Below, one piece after another: positions 30,891 to 42,932 of a stretch of 64,000 bases of DNA. This stretch comes from an uncultured delta proteobacterium (GTDB lineage: Bacteria > Myxococcota_A > Polyangia > Polyangiales > Polyangiaceae), in contig CAVQUB010000022.1 in NCBI GenBank assembly GCA_963716725.1, positions 32,001-96,000 of the forward strand, read 5' to 3'. The position numbers were made by a program, and so were the translations under genes. The notes under the pieces are model-generated. The model ran no database searches. It was not told where the DNA came from and saw only the letters and a program-made list of their open reading frames with translations. Within the stretch, counting starts at the first letter, position 1; each line of letters starts with the position of its first letter.

Positions 30891-31766
30891 ATGGTCATCG
30901 TCATGGAGCCCAACGCGCCGGAGCCCGCCGTCGAGGCGGTGATCTCGTTCTTGGTCGCCGCTGGCTTCGACGTGCATCGCTCGAGCGGGCAAACGCGCAC
31001 GCTGCTCGGTGTCGTCGGAGACGTGACGGAGCAACACGTCGCCGTGGCAAAGGATCTGGAATGGGTCACTGACGTGGTGCGAGTCAGCGAACCCTTTCGG
31101 CTGGCATCACGGCGGTTTCGCGAAGCTTCTACCGTCGTCGAGGGCGCCTGGGGCAGCATCGGCGGCGAGCGTCCGTGGATCGCCATCGAGCCCATCGGGC
31201 TCGGCGGCGAGAACGGCGACGAGCACGCGCCGACTTCGAGCGAACATGGCTACGCCGTGGCGGCGGGACGCCCCTTCGACGCCGCCGTGAGTCGTGCGCG
31301 CGTGGCGCCGGAGAACGTCGGATCGCTGGCCTGTTTGCCGCTCAGCGTGAGCGCGGCAGCGCCGACCCAGGTGAAGTTCGTGGAACGGGTGCCGAGCTGG
31401 GGCGCCAACAAGTGGATAGGCGCAGCCGAACGCGAGCTCGAGCGTCGCGAAGCCGGAGTCGTGCTGCTGGAGGCCGGCGGTGAATACCCGAACGGGGCCC
31501 GCACGCTCGAGGTGGCGGCCATCGCTCGGGCCAAGATCCGCACGCATTTGCCGATCGTGGTGGACGTTGCGAGCATCGCGCAGCGCAGTCGTTACTCCAC
31601 GGCGGTGGCCTGCGCTGCCATCGGCGCCGGCGCCGATGGGGTGATCTTGCGCGTTTGGGTCGGAAAAGCCGGCGTCCTGAGCTCCGTGCCCGCGACCCTG
31701 GGCTGGGCCGAGGCAGTGGACCTCGCTGATCGTCTGCGCGCGGTGGGCGCAGCCGTGCGGCGATGA
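30891..31766 (+). CDS. DAHP synthase I-beta homologue with degenerate catalytic motifs
   Basis: Typical N-terminal regulatory domain (MVIVM...VHRSSG..RT.LGVVGD...PFRLASR) and HLPIVVD...AGADG, but AGPC, KPRT and DPSH are missing. Confidence 0.75.
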   Translation: MVIVMEPNAPEPAVEAVISFLVAAGFDVHRSSGQTRTLLGVVGDVTEQHVAVAKDLEWVTDVVRVSEPFRLASRRFREASTVVEGAWGSIGGERPWIAIEPIGLGGENGDEHAPTSSEHGYAVAAGRPFDAAVSRARVAPENVGSLACLPLSVSAAAPTQVKFVERVPSWGANKWIGAAERELERREAGVVLLEAGGEYPNGARTLEVAAIARAKIRTHLPIVVDVASIAQRSRYSTAVACAAIGAGADGVILRVWVGKAGVLSSVPATLGWAEAVDLADRLRAVGAAVRR

Positions 31767-32599
31767 GGCTATGCGTCGTCGGCTTCGGGCTGATCGGCGG
31801 ATCGGTGGCGGCCGCGCACAAGGCGCAGGATCCGAAAGCTCGCGTGGCCGCCGTTGACCTTCGCGGCTCGCTCGAGAGTGAAGCGGCGCGTGCCCTGGCC
31901 GATGTTCGCGTGGCCATCGACGATGATGAGCGCTTCGATCACGAGTTGGCCTCGGCAGACTTGGTGGTGCTCGCTGCGCCCGTGCGATCCGTCGCGACGA
32001 TGCTCGACCGAGTCTTGGCTCGAGCCAAGGTCGTGACGGATTGCGGATCGACGAAGCGGGAGATCGTCGAACGCGCAGAGGGCTCGCCGCATCGATCGCG
32101 CTTCGTTCCCGGTCACCCGCTCGCCGGGGGTTCGGACGCCGGCGTCGGTGCGGCGCGGGCCGACCTGTTCGTCGATCGCGCTTGGGTCTTGTGCGACGCG
32201 CCCGGAGACGCCGCGGCGCTGGCGGTGGTGCGCGGCTTTGTCGCGGGGCTGGGCGCGGTTCCGGTGCTGATGTCTGCGGCGGAGCACGACCGGGCGCTGG
32301 CGCTCACCAGCCACGCGCCCCAAGTGGTTGCAAGCGCGCTGGTGGTGCTGTCCGAGCGGGGCGCGTGTCAGGTCGCCGAGGGGCCCGGATTCGCGAGCAC
32401 GACTCGGATCGCCGGCGGCAACCCGGCGGTGTGGGGCGATATCCTCGGGACCAACGCCGACGAAATTGCCAGGGCGCTGCGGGAGCTCTGTGCGGAACTC
32501 GCCCGCGTTGCCGACGCCCTGGAGCGATCGCAACCCGAGGCCGCCCTCGAGCTGATCCGCGCGGCTCGGCAAGCGTCCCTGCGACGGCGTTCGGCGTGA
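31763..32599 (+). CDS. tyrA: Prephenate dehydrogenase
   Basis: VVGFGLIGGS, TDCGSTK, GHPLAG, EHD...TSHAP, TTRIA; ATGA overlap with upstream gene. Confidence 0.9.
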   Translation: MRLCVVGFGLIGGSVAAAHKAQDPKARVAAVDLRGSLESEAARALADVRVAIDDDERFDHELASADLVVLAAPVRSVATMLDRVLARAKVVTDCGSTKREIVERAEGSPHRSRFVPGHPLAGGSDAGVGAARADLFVDRAWVLCDAPGDAAALAVVRGFVAGLGAVPVLMSAAEHDRALALTSHAPQVVASALVVLSERGACQVAEGPGFASTTRIAGGNPAVWGDILGTNADEIARALRELCAELARVADALERSQPEAALELIRAARQASLRRRSA

Positions 32600-32737
32600 C
32601 TCCCGCCGGGCCTGAACATGTGCCACGTCTCGCTCGACGAGCGGCGCACGGTGGCACAGTGTGCGAAGCGGGAGCAGCGCTTTCGTGGCCCTCAGCGGCG
32701 TGCCAAGTGGCTCACCCCATGCTATCGTGAGTGACAC

Positions 32738-33126
32738 ATGGCCCACCGGTGGTTCCTGCTGCTCTGCGTCGCCGCGCTGTTTGCTGCGTGCGATCTGAAT
32801 CCGCAGCCGGAGGTTCCATCGGGGGAGAGCGGCGGAAACGGCGGGGCTTCGGGTGGGGGCGTCGGACTCGACGGTGGCATCAGTGGCAGCGGGGGTTCGA
32901 GCGGCGGCGGCGGGGCCGCGGGCGGTTCGGGTTTTGGCGGCATGGACGGCGGCGGCGGCCTCGGTGGCGCCTCGAGCGGTGGCGCAGCGGGCGACGCGGA
33001 CACCGACGCGGACACCGACGCGGACACCGACGCGGCGACGATGCCGACACCGACGCGGACACCGACGCGGACACCGACGCGAGCGACGATGCCGACACCG
33101 ACGCGCTCGGGTCGGGAGCGGACTGA
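32738..33126 (+). CDS. Small Gly-rich lipoprotein with DADT repeats; -1 frameshift near 33035
   Basis: LFAAC-DLNPQPEVP; 12-bp GACGCGGACACC repeats; one unit lacks a base relative to its sister. Confidence 0.7.
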
Positions 33127-33129
33127 CGT

Positions 33130-33642
33130 TCAGCCCGCTGCCGGGCCGCGGCGCACCAGGTAGCTGTCGAGCACGTTGGCGATGAAATCGGCCAAAATGC
33201 CGTCGGCCACGCGCAGGCGTCGACTCAGCTCGCGCGCGAGGTTGAGCACGATGATCGCGTACGACTTCACGTCGTAGCGATAAAGCGCGTCCAGATCCGC
33301 CGTGGTGATGCGCACCAAGCGAGACGGCGCGAGTGTCCTCACGGTGGCCGAGCGCGCTTGCACATCCACCACGCTCATCTCCCCGAACCAGTCTCCCGGT
33401 CCCAGCATGGCGACGCGAGCATCGATGCCCCGATGGCTTCGCTTCAGGACCTCGAGTTCGCCGTTGACGAGAACGTACATGTCCCGGGCGTCGTCCCCTT
33501 CGCGGAACACCACCGTGCCCGCCGGGTGGGTCGACACGGTCAGCGAAGCCGCCAAATGAGCCAGCACCTCGTCGCTCAAAGCGCCGAAGAGCCCGATGTG
33601 GCGCAACTCTGCCACGTCCACCGTGAGGGGGAGGCCCGTCAC
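33130..33642 (-). CDS. Cyclic-nucleotide-binding domain protein
   Basis: VFREGD, FGEMS...RSATV; GTG overlaps the upstream stop. Confidence 0.9.
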   Translation of the reverse strand: MTGLPLTVDVAELRHIGLFGALSDEVLAHLAASLTVSTHPAGTVVFREGDDARDMYVLVNGELEVLKRSHRGIDARVAMLGPGDWFGEMSVVDVQARSATVRTLAPSRLVRITTADLDALYRYDVKSYAIIVLNLARELSRRLRVADGILADFIANVLDSYLVRRGPAAG

Positions 33643-34565
33643 GGGTTGCACACTCCGAAGGTGATCCCGTCGATCACGATCTCGTTCGGGGCAGCGAAAC
33701 CGGTGCAGGTCTTGCCCGACGGGCAGTCGCTGGCGAACAGCACTCGGCACCACTTTTTGCAGTCGCCACTCGTGAGGCATGCGTAGCCGGGCGCGCACGC
33801 CGACGGATTGCTCGCGCACCCGCCCGCCGTGGTGGCCGTACCGCCGGTCGAACAATCGGAGGTGTGGGGAAGGGTTTGGGTGTTCGCCGTGCACGTCAGT
33901 CCCGGTCCGCAGGCGCTCGCGGGGTTGTGCAGGTCGCACTTCTTGGAGCAAATCTTCATGCCCGGGATGGGCGAGGGGGTGCTTTGCCCGGTCTTGATCA
34001 GCATGACCTGGTTGCACTTGCCGGAGGTCGACGCGCAGTCTGCGTCCGAGTCGCAGTACTGCTTGCAGGCGCCGCCGACGCAGGCGTGGCCCTTGGTGCA
34101 GGCCGTCGCCGACGTGCAACCGTAGTAGGGCTGAGTCGTGCCTGCGGGCACACACTGCGTCGTACCGGTGTCGCTGGTCACCTGGCACGCCTCGCTGGCC
34201 GCACAGCCGCACTGCGGGGAGGTGTCGCACAAGCCTCCCGCGACCGGCGGTGTGCAGGAGGCGCTTCCGCCGCTTCCACCACCGGAGCCGCCCGAGCCAC
34301 CGGAAGCGCCCGAGCCACCGGAAGCGCCCGAGCCGCCCGAGCCGCCTGCGCCGCCTCCGGCCACAGCGCCGCTTCCGCCCGCACCTGCGGAGCCACCGAG
34401 CGCGCCCCCGGCTCCGCCGCTTCCGCCGGTCGTTCCGCCGCTTCCGCCGACGGAGCCATCGATGGCTCCGCTACCGCCACCGCCGCCGCCGACGCCTTCG
34501 GCCTGCGCGCAGGCCGCGAGCCCGCCCAGGGAGAGACAGCCGATTGTGATCAAGAGCAAGCGCAT
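33639..34565 (-). CDS. Gly- and Cys-rich lipoprotein
   Basis: MRLLLITIGCLSLGGLAAC, Gly/Ser linker, Cys-rich C-terminus. Confidence 0.8.
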   Translation of the reverse strand: MRLLLITIGCLSLGGLAACAQAEGVGGGGGGSGAIDGSVGGSGGTTGGSGGAGGALGGSAGAGGSGAVAGGGAGGSGGSGASGGSGASGGSGGSGGGSGGSASCTPPVAGGLCDTSPQCGCAASEACQVTSDTGTTQCVPAGTTQPYYGCTSATACTKGHACVGGACKQYCDSDADCASTSGKCNQVMLIKTGQSTPSPIPGMKICSKKCDLHNPASACGPGLTCTANTQTLPHTSDCSTGGTATTAGGCASNPSACAPGYACLTSGDCKKWCRVLFASDCPSGKTCTGFAAPNEIVIDGITFGVCNP

Positions 34566-34631
34566 CGAGGCCTCCACCAGGCGCGAAGAAACCTTATCGC
34601 CACTTTGGACCAATTCAAATCGCAGCGCTCC

Positions 34632-35432
34632 TCAATCGTCGCCCGACAGGTGATAGATGGGGGAGCGGTGCGCGCAGAACTCCACGATCGCATTCAGGTC
34701 TTCTGCTTCGAGATCCTCGAAGGCGACGCCCATTCCCGGAGCCACGTCGCCCCGCGCGGGCACCGTCCAACGTACGACCCCGCCGGCTTTGACCGCGCGG
34801 CCGTCCGGCAGCACGAAGTGCACGGCGACCTTGGTGCCCGGCGGTTGCGGCATGTAAGTCGCGACGAAGACGCCGCCGCTCGAGAGGTCCCGGGACAGGC
34901 CCGTGTAGAAATGAGATTGGCTCGCGAAGCCGATGTCGACCTCCACGAACACGCGGTCGCCGGCCCCGCGTTTGTTCGCCCCGCCGAAGGCGTGAGGTGC
35001 GGGCGGAACCCCGGTGGGTTCCGGCGCGGTTGCGGCCAGGCTACGGATGGAGTCGGTGCCCGAGAAGACCTCCATGATGACCTCGCGCCGGCGTCGTTGG
35101 TGCGTTCGGGCCACCGGGTAGAGCACCGCCAAGGTCCGCGCCAGACCCTCGAGCGCCGCGTCCGTACCGGGTCGTGAGGGCAACGCCTGGAGGACATGCA
35201 TCGCGTCGCTCAGGTGCGAGATGGCCGTGCGGACGTTGCGGTAGTCTTGGGATGGGGGTGATTCGACCTCGAGTTCGTAGAGCGTGCTGCTGGCGAGCGC
35301 GACGCTTTCGACCGCGCGCTCGAGGTCGGTGCCATCGCTGAGCTGAAGCGCGGCGGAAGTTTCCGAGAGCAGTGCCCGCGCTTCCCGTGCAGATCGCAGC
35401 TCGGCCGCTCGCGCGTTGCCGTGCTCGGCCAT
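34632..35432 (-). CDS. PilZ-domain (TIGR02266-like) protein
   Basis: SQSHFYTGLSRDLSSGGVFVAT...GVVRW...PGMGVAF. Confidence 0.85.
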   Translation of the reverse strand: MAEHGNARAAELRSAREARALLSETSAALQLSDGTDLERAVESVALASSTLYELEVESPPSQDYRNVRTAISHLSDAMHVLQALPSRPGTDAALEGLARTLAVLYPVARTHQRRRREVIMEVFSGTDSIRSLAATAPEPTGVPPAPHAFGGANKRGAGDRVFVEVDIGFASQSHFYTGLSRDLSSGGVFVATYMPQPPGTKVAVHFVLPDGRAVKAGGVVRWTVPARGDVAPGMGVAFEDLEAEDLNAIVEFCAHRSPIYHLSGDD

Positions 35433-35435
35433 GAG

Positions 35436-35873
35436 TCAGAGCACCTTGTTGAACACCACGCGCGGACGCGCTGGCCCCGCGTAGTCGTCGACCGGAGTCA
35501 CGGTCCAGCCCATCGCGGTATGGAACGCGATGGAGCCGTCGTTCCCGACCGTCGTGATGGCTTTCAGCCGAGCGGCGCCCTGGGCCAGGCACTCTTCTTC
35601 GAAGCTCTGGTAGAGGACCTTGCCCACGCCGCGGCGGCGGTAATCCGGGTGGATTCCGACCAGATGGACGTAGCCGGTCTTGGGCGGGCCCGGCGCGACG
35701 AAACCGAAGAGGAAGCCGACCAGGATGCCGTCGTGTTCCACGACCCGCGCGAGCTGGCCGAGCTCGTAGAAGAAGATCGGGTGAGCAAGCGAGCTGGTGG
35801 GGCCGCCCCACCAGCGGTCGATGACCTGAACGACGTGGTCGTAGTCTTGCTTGCTCAAGGAGCGTGTGATCAT
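35436..35873 (-). CDS. GNAT-family acetyltransferase
   Basis: VGIHPDYRRRGVG, N..SIAFH..MGW. Confidence 0.9.
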   Translation of the reverse strand: MITRSLSKQDYDHVVQVIDRWWGGPTSSLAHPIFFYELGQLARVVEHDGILVGFLFGFVAPGPPKTGYVHLVGIHPDYRRRGVGKVLYQSFEEECLAQGAARLKAITTVGNDGSIAFHTAMGWTVTPVDDYAGPARPRVVFNKVL

Positions 35874-35982
35874 CGCGGGCTCGTCGACGGGCGAGCGGAG
35901 GGTATCACGCCGCGCTGCACCGGCGACCACATTCGGAAGCTTGCGCTGGTCTCGTGCGGCGAGCTCGTGTATCCCCGGATTC

Positions 35983-36645
35983 ATGGCCAACGCGGTCCGA
36001 ATCGCACCCTCGATTTTGAGCGCCGATCTGGGGCGACTGGCAGAGGAGATCCAGAGCGTCGAAGCGGCTCGGGCGGATTGGATTCACGTCGACGTGATGG
36101 ACGGCCGATTCGTGCCGAACATCACCCTGGGTCCCGTGGTGGTGAAGGCGGCTCGGGCTGCCACCCGGCTCCCGCTCGACGTTCACCTGATGATCGTCGA
36201 GCCGGAGCGCTACGTCGAAGCCTTTGCGGAGGCGGGCGCCGACGTGATCAGTGTGCACGTCGAAGCTTCCACCCACCTGCAGCGGACGCTGACGGAGATC
36301 CGGCGCCTGGGCAAGAAGGCGGGCGTGGTGCTCAACCCTCAAACCCACGAGAGCGCCATCGAGTACGTGCTCGATGACGTGGATTTGGTCCTGGTGATGA
36401 GCGTGAACCCGGGCTTCGGCGGCCAGCATTTCTTGCCAGCGGTCCTGCCAAAAGTCGCCGCGATTCGCTCAATGATCGACCGGCGGGGGCTCAATGTGGA
36501 CCTCGAAGTGGACGGCGGTGTCGCTCCTGAAACCGCCCTCGACGTGGTTCGTGCGGGAGCCGATGTGCTCGTCGCCGGTTCAGCCGTGTTCGGCAAGTCC
36601 GATCGGCGCGCAGCGATTCAGGACATCCTCGAGCGAGTCCGCTGA
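35983..36645 (+). CDS. rpe: Ribulose-phosphate 3-epimerase
   Basis: IAPSILSAD, HVDVMDG, DVHLMI, MSVNPGFGGQ, EVDGG. Confidence 0.97.
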   Translation: MANAVRIAPSILSADLGRLAEEIQSVEAARADWIHVDVMDGRFVPNITLGPVVVKAARAATRLPLDVHLMIVEPERYVEAFAEAGADVISVHVEASTHLQRTLTEIRRLGKKAGVVLNPQTHESAIEYVLDDVDLVLVMSVNPGFGGQHFLPAVLPKVAAIRSMIDRRGLNVDLEVDGGVAPETALDVVRAGADVLVAGSAVFGKSDRRAAIQDILERVR

Positions 36646-38030
36646 TGCGCGGGTGGTGGGGAGCTGTCTCCGGTTCGCTGATCGCGCTCGCCTGTGCTGG
36701 GCGTGAGCCGGCGCCCCTGGCACCAGACGATGGCTCGGAGCCCGCGCCGACGGCGATCTCCACGGCCGAGGCGGCGCCCCGCGCGGCAGCGGCGGCGGAT
36801 TCCGTCGTTGCGAGCGCCCTCGCTACGGTGGAGCGTCGCCGCGAGCTGCGTTCGAAAGGAGCCATCAAGGGCCGCACCATCGAGCGCGCCGAAATGGTGG
36901 CGTTCGTGAAGAAGCAACTCGCGGACGAGATCCCCGCACCCATCGTGCGTGCGCAGACCGAGCTGCTCTTCGCGTTGGGCGTCGTTCCAGAGAACTTCGA
37001 CTATGAAGAGAGCCTGCTCGAGCTGATGGGCACGCAGCTCGCCGGGTTCTACGATCCGAAGCAGAAGACCATGTTCTTGTCGCGGGATCTGCCGCCTCCC
37101 GAGCGTGAGGCGACGCTTGCCCACGAGCTGGTTCACGCGCTGCAAGACCAACACTACGACCTCGAGAAACTCATTAAATTTCGCGAGGATGCCACCGATC
37201 AGCAGAGCGCCCTTCACGCGCTGGCGGAAGGTGACGCCACGAGCGCCATGCTCGATCACGTGCTCGCGGTTCGCGGCCTGCGCGCGACCGACGTTTCGGA
37301 CGAAGCCGTAGCGCTCGAGGTGCGCGGATCCATCGAACTGTCGGCGGCCGCGGTGAATGTTCCGACCATCTTGAAGCGCTCCGTGGTCTCCCCTTACGTC
37401 GACGGACTGATCTTCGTGAACGGGCTTCGCCGTCGCGGCGGTTGGGCCGGGGTGGACGCGGTCTGGCGCGATCCCCCGACGACCACGGAACAGCTCCTTC
37501 ACCCCGAGAAGCACGCGAAGCGTGAGGCCGCCGAGCAGGTCCCGCTGCCCGCGGCTCCGCGGGGTGGTCCAACGGAGGTCATGTATCGAGACGTGCTTGG
37601 GGAGCAGTCACTCAGGCTGCTCTTCGAGGAGTGGATGCCCCGTCGCGCTGCCGTCGAGAGCGCTGCCGATTGGGCGGGCGATCGAATGGTCCTCTTCCGA
37701 GCCGGTGAGCGTTTTGCGTTGGTCTGGCACACACGATGGGACGACGAGAAGTCGGCGCTTCGGGGAACGCAGGCGTTTGCGCGCGGGGTGCTCCGCCCGA
37801 AGGACGCCAAGCCGGGCGAGTTCGTCGCGCTCGATCGCGCGAGGGCTGCCCTGAAGCGTGATCGAGCCTGCACCGAGCGCGCAGCCCAAGGGCCCATTGC
37901 GGTGGCCCGGTCGGGGCGTGACGTCACGATGGTCGCCGGTCCCTTCGAGCGCACGGCGTCGGGCGCCCGCAGCGCTGGCACCTGCGCTGAGGCGCTGGTC
38001 TGGGCGGTTGCCGTCGCCAAGCAACGCTGA
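36645..38030 (+). CDS. Lipoprotein with zincin-type HExxH motif
   Basis: IALAC lipobox; AGFYDP; LAHELVHALQDQ; ALAEGDA. Confidence 0.8.
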   Translation: MRGWWGAVSGSLIALACAGREPAPLAPDDGSEPAPTAISTAEAAPRAAAAADSVVASALATVERRRELRSKGAIKGRTIERAEMVAFVKKQLADEIPAPIVRAQTELLFALGVVPENFDYEESLLELMGTQLAGFYDPKQKTMFLSRDLPPPEREATLAHELVHALQDQHYDLEKLIKFREDATDQQSALHALAEGDATSAMLDHVLAVRGLRATDVSDEAVALEVRGSIELSAAAVNVPTILKRSVVSPYVDGLIFVNGLRRRGGWAGVDAVWRDPPTTTEQLLHPEKHAKREAAEQVPLPAAPRGGPTEVMYRDVLGEQSLRLLFEEWMPRRAAVESAADWAGDRMVLFRAGERFALVWHTRWDDEKSALRGTQAFARGVLRPKDAKPGEFVALDRARAALKRDRACTERAAQGPIAVARSGRDVTMVAGPFERTASGARSAGTCAEALVWAVAVAKQR

Positions 38031-38168
38031 CCTCGGAGTCGCGGTGACCTGGCCGCCGCGGTCATCCTGACGTTGACGGCCATGGCGTCTCCGCCGCTTT
38101 GAGCCAGATCCGCCGATGATTTCACGAATGGTAGCGCTGGCACGATGCGTGCTTACTCATGCAGGGAC

Positions 38169-38597
38169 ATGCACCCGCTCTCCGGCTCCGTCAGTTGGCT
38201 CGCGCTGCTCGCAGCGACGACGCTCGGCGCCGGCGAGTTCGATCAGATCCTCGCCCACGTCTCGGGCGGCCTGACCGGCGACCAGAGCTTTCGGCTGGTC
38301 GTCCAGACCTACGCCCGCAGCGCCGTGGACGCCGCCGGCCGGCTGTTTCCCCGTGTGCGCCCGCTAGGCTCGATGCAGCGAGCGGTCACTGCGGACGAGC
38401 TCTCGCGAGGCGTGTCCGTCAGCGTGGTGCAGGTCCGGCAGGGCGCCGACTCACCGGTCATCGTCGCGTGGGTCGAGCCCGGGGAGCCCACTCTCGAGCT
38501 GGACGCGCTGACCGCCCGTCCTCGCGCCGAGGCGCTGGTCGGGGTCTCGAGCGTCGAGGCCGGGCAGCGCGCGCACGTCGTCGTGCGCCGCACCTGA
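38169..38597 (+). CDS. Hypothetical protein
   Basis: ORF filling the gap, hydrophobic N-terminus. Confidence 0.55.
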   Translation: MHPLSGSVSWLALLAATTLGAGEFDQILAHVSGGLTGDQSFRLVVQTYARSAVDAAGRLFPRVRPLGSMQRAVTADELSRGVSVSVVQVRQGADSPVIVAWVEPGEPTLELDALTARPRAEALVGVSSVEAGQRAHVVVRRT

Positions 38598-38600
38598 GCC

Positions 38601-40754
38601 TCATGCAGCTTCGCTCTCGGTAGGACGGAGCGATCTGAGCGCGCGAACCCGATCGCTGAAGCGCTTGCGCTCCGCCTCGTCGAGCTGGAGCGATCCGAAG
38701 CGGGCCTCCAGGTAGATCGAGGTGAGCGCGCGGATCTCTTCCGCGGCCGGGTGCCCGAGCGCGGCGACGCCCAGCGCGTGGGCCCAGGGAGGCACGCTCG
38801 GTGGCCGCGGGATCCCGAGCACGACCAGCGCGGATTCCAGGCTCCGGTACAGCGCCACGATCCGCTGCGCGCTCACCTCGTCGGGTTTGGTCGACTCCTT
38901 GCGCGTGTCGTTTGGCCCGCGATTTCGGCGGTACCAGTAGACTCCGGCCACGACCAGCAAGAGTCCCAGCCCGAAGAGCCATGCCCGGCGGGGCGTGCCC
39001 AGCGTCGCGGCCACCTTCGAGTTCCCGCGCAACGATGCGTATCGATCGCGGACCGTTCGGAACAAGGAGACCTGTTGCTTGAGGTCGTAGCCGACGACGT
39101 TGCGGTTCCAGCGTTGCGCCGCCGCTTCGACGAAGTCGCGCATGAACGCCAGGGCACCGGTGATCTCGCTCTGGGGCGCGGCGTTGGCGGGCGGGGTGGG
39201 ATCGAATCGGAGCCAACCCTGTCCGTCGAGGAACACCTCGACCCACGAGTGCGCGTCCCCCTGACGAACCGCGTAGTAACGGCCAAACCGATTGAAGGTG
39301 CCCCCGACGAAGCCCGTCACGTTCCGGGTGGCCACACCTTGGGTGCGCAGCAGCACTGCCATCGCGGTGCTGTAGAACTCGCAATGGCCGCGCTTGGATT
39401 CGAACAAGAAGTGGTCGAGCGGATTGCCTTCCGCCCCCGAGGGCGACTCGAGGTCATAGCGATAGTCGGTGCGGAGGCGAGCCTCGACCGCAGCGGCCTT
39501 CGCGTGGGTCGTCGCGGCGGTCTCGGTCCAGCTTTTCGCGAGGTCGGCGACCCGCGGCGGGAGGCCGGGCGGCAGCGTTAGGTAGCGCGCACGCTCGGTC
39601 GCGCTGAGGGCGCGGGCGGGAGCCTCGTTCTTCCCGGCCAGGAAGACCTCGTAGCGCAAGCCGCGATCCTCCGCGCTCACGTACTTGAATTCTCCCTCTG
39701 GTCCGGCGAGCACGGTCGTCGACTGACCAATCACGCTGACGCCGCGCCCCAAGAGCCGCAGCGCCACCGCGTCGTGCGGCATGAACACGACCGGCGGATC
39801 GATGGGTTCCAGATCGATGGTGAGTCGCTTGTCTTGAAACACGTCCGGCGAGCGGCGGATGCGAACCGCGCTGCCGTTCATGTCCGCCGGCCCTCGCTGG
39901 GCGTTGGTCCGCGACCAACTGCGACCGTCGTACTGATCGAAAGCCGTGCCTCGCAGGTAGAGCGCGATACGCAGGGGCGGGTCTTGCGCCAGGTCCGACG
40001 GTTCGACCCGCATGGCGATGGTCGGGTCGCTGCGCAGCTTGCCGACACCGCCGAGATCGACCTTGTCCGAGAAGCCGATCATCCGCTCAGGGCGGCCATG
40101 GTTCAAGAGCAGCAGGGACAAGCCCACGCGGGGGAACATCACAAAAAGAACGGCGGTGAACAGGAAGATCGGCACGGAAAGCAAGCAGGTGAAGAGCAGG
40201 AACTGCCTGCCGATGACGCGCCGACTGCGCAGGATGCGCGGTACGTCGACCGGGAGCCCGGTGCGATCCCGCGCGCCTTGCCGATAGTTGCCTTCGACTT
40301 CTCGGCGCAGGTGACTCAGGACCAGAGCGCCGGGCGCGACGATCAAGAAGCCGATGAAGCACAGTCCGTAAGTGATGCCCCCGCCCAGCACGGTTCCGGC
40401 GATCAGATGCAAAAGCGCCAGGACCACCACCTGCTGGTCGTGGGCCGCGCCCCGCCGTGTCGCCAGCCGAACGACCTGCAGGCCTGCCGCGAACTCGACG
40501 GCGAGGGGCAACACCGCCGCGCCAACGCCGAGTCGGCCGAACTGCATCGCCAGGAGTCCGAGCGGCGCCAACACGCCGATGCGGCGCATGAAGCGGTGGT
40601 CCTGCCAGCGCTCGGGAGTGGCGAGGGCGAGCCCGAGTCCGAGTACGATCGCGATGGTGATCCCGCGGTGCAACTCGCCGCTGGTGACGAGGGCCAACAG
40701 ACCGAGCACCGCCAGCGCGTCCGTCATGATGCGGTGAACGAGTCCGAACCTCAC
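38601..40754 (-). CDS. TgpA-like membrane transglutaminase-domain protein
   Basis: Multi-TM N-terminus; [32 protein letters not shown]. Confidence 0.92.
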   Translation of the reverse strand: MRFGLVHRIMTDALAVLGLLALVTSGELHRGITIAIVLGLGLALATPERWQDHRFMRRIGVLAPLGLLAMQFGRLGVGAAVLPLAVEFAAGLQVVRLATRRGAAHDQQVVVLALLHLIAGTVLGGGITYGLCFIGFLIVAPGALVLSHLRREVEGNYRQGARDRTGLPVDVPRILRSRRVIGRQFLLFTCLLSVPIFLFTAVLFVMFPRVGLSLLLLNHGRPERMIGFSDKVDLGGVGKLRSDPTIAMRVEPSDLAQDPPLRIALYLRGTAFDQYDGRSWSRTNAQRGPADMNGSAVRIRRSPDVFQDKRLTIDLEPIDPPVVFMPHDAVALRLLGRGVSVIGQSTTVLAGPEGEFKYVSAEDRGLRYEVFLAGKNEAPARALSATERARYLTLPPGLPPRVADLAKSWTETAATTHAKAAAVEARLRTDYRYDLESPSGAEGNPLDHFLFESKRGHCEFYSTAMAVLLRTQGVATRNVTGFVGGTFNRFGRYYAVRQGDAHSWVEVFLDGQGWLRFDPTPPANAAPQSEITGALAFMRDFVEAAAQRWNRNVVGYDLKQQVSLFRTVRDRYASLRGNSKVAATLGTPRRAWLFGLGLLLVVAGVYWYRRNRGPNDTRKESTKPDEVSAQRIVALYRSLESALVVLGIPRPPSVPPWAHALGVAALGHPAAEEIRALTSIYLEARFGSLQLDEAERKRFSDRVRALRSLRPTESEAA

Positions 40755-41827
40755 GCGGCCTCCCGAGGCTCGGCGAGGGGCTTGGGCGGCAGGCTGCCGG
40801 CTCCCGGCGTGGGCTCGAGCAGCGCCAGGAAGCGCAGCAGCGGATCGGCGCCGACCGAGGCGTCTGCCCGCACGCGATCGCCGGTCGTGCAGCGGACGGT
40901 CACGCCGTCGCCTCGCTTGATGTGCGCGACGGCGCGCGATGCCACGTCCCGAATGCGCCGCTCGAAGCGAGTGGACCAGGCATCGTCCGGAGCCGAACCC
41001 TGGTGGGTCGGATCGAGGGTGAGCTCCACGTCGCGGCGGGTCTCCCGCGCGCGTTCGCGCAGCACCATCTGCGTCGGCAGAGTGCTCTTGCGCCAGTAGA
41101 TGTCCCGCGGGTCGTCTCCGTCGCGCATCGGGCGAACGCCCACGATTTCGTCCCCTGCGCCCCGTCCGAAGGCGCCATCACCCCCGAGGCGTCGTCCCAT
41201 CTGATCTGGCGGGAGTCGCACCGGATCGACCGCGGGGTAGATGATCAGATCGCCTTCGGCTCCCAGCTCGCGCGACTTCTCGAAGAGTCCGAAGGGAAAA
41301 CGCGTGGCGACCCGAAACCCGACATGCCGGTCACGGCCGCGCCGCGCGGGCGTCCGACGATAGGCGGCGACTTGGGCGGATCGCGGGCTGATCTTCAGGA
41401 AGAAGCAGCGCTTGTCTGCGGGTTGCCCGGCGCGCAGATCCTCGATCTCGATGGCGTAGGACGGGACCCGCTGCTTGTGGTTGTAGACCTCGATTTCGAC
41501 CAGGTGAGCGCGCCCGACCTGCGCGCGGGGTGGCAGGCGGCGCACGACGGTCAGGTGGCGCAGCGAGAGCTCGCTCATCACGCCGGAGACGACGATCAGC
41601 GAGAGCAGCATGCCGAGCAGCAGGTAGAGCAGGTTGTTGCCGGTGTTGATGGCCGCGAAGCCGACACCGAAGGTGATGCCGATGAAGTACTTGCCCTCCC
41701 GAGTGAGGCGCAGCTTGCGCGGCGGTCGGAACCAACGGCGGACCTTTCCCCACCAACCGACGGATGGCGTTTGGTCTTCCAGCGCGCGCTGGCTCTTGGG
41801 ATGGGTCGCGAGGCGAGCGCCCGCCAC
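40751..41827 (-). CDS. DUF58-family protein
   Basis: [30 protein letters not shown]. Confidence 0.88.
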   Translation of the reverse strand: MAGARLATHPKSQRALEDQTPSVGWWGKVRRWFRPPRKLRLTREGKYFIGITFGVGFAAINTGNNLLYLLLGMLLSLIVVSGVMSELSLRHLTVVRRLPPRAQVGRAHLVEIEVYNHKQRVPSYAIEIEDLRAGQPADKRCFFLKISPRSAQVAAYRRTPARRGRDRHVGFRVATRFPFGLFEKSRELGAEGDLIIYPAVDPVRLPPDQMGRRLGGDGAFGRGAGDEIVGVRPMRDGDDPRDIYWRKSTLPTQMVLRERARETRRDVELTLDPTHQGSAPDDAWSTRFERRIRDVASRAVAHIKRGDGVTVRCTTGDRVRADASVGADPLLRFLALLEPTPGAGSLPPKPLAEPREAA

Positions 41828-41835
41828 GATGCGCC

Positions 41836-42803
<968 letters not shown>

Positions 42804-42932
42804 CGGGCAGATGGTAGCACGGGGATCACGTCAGACGTTCTCGCAGCCACTCCAGGAGTAGCACGATCCGAAGCCCGTCCGACTCCCTTCCGGGGGGTTC
42901 CCGTGGGCGGGCATGTGATATTCGTGTCCCGC

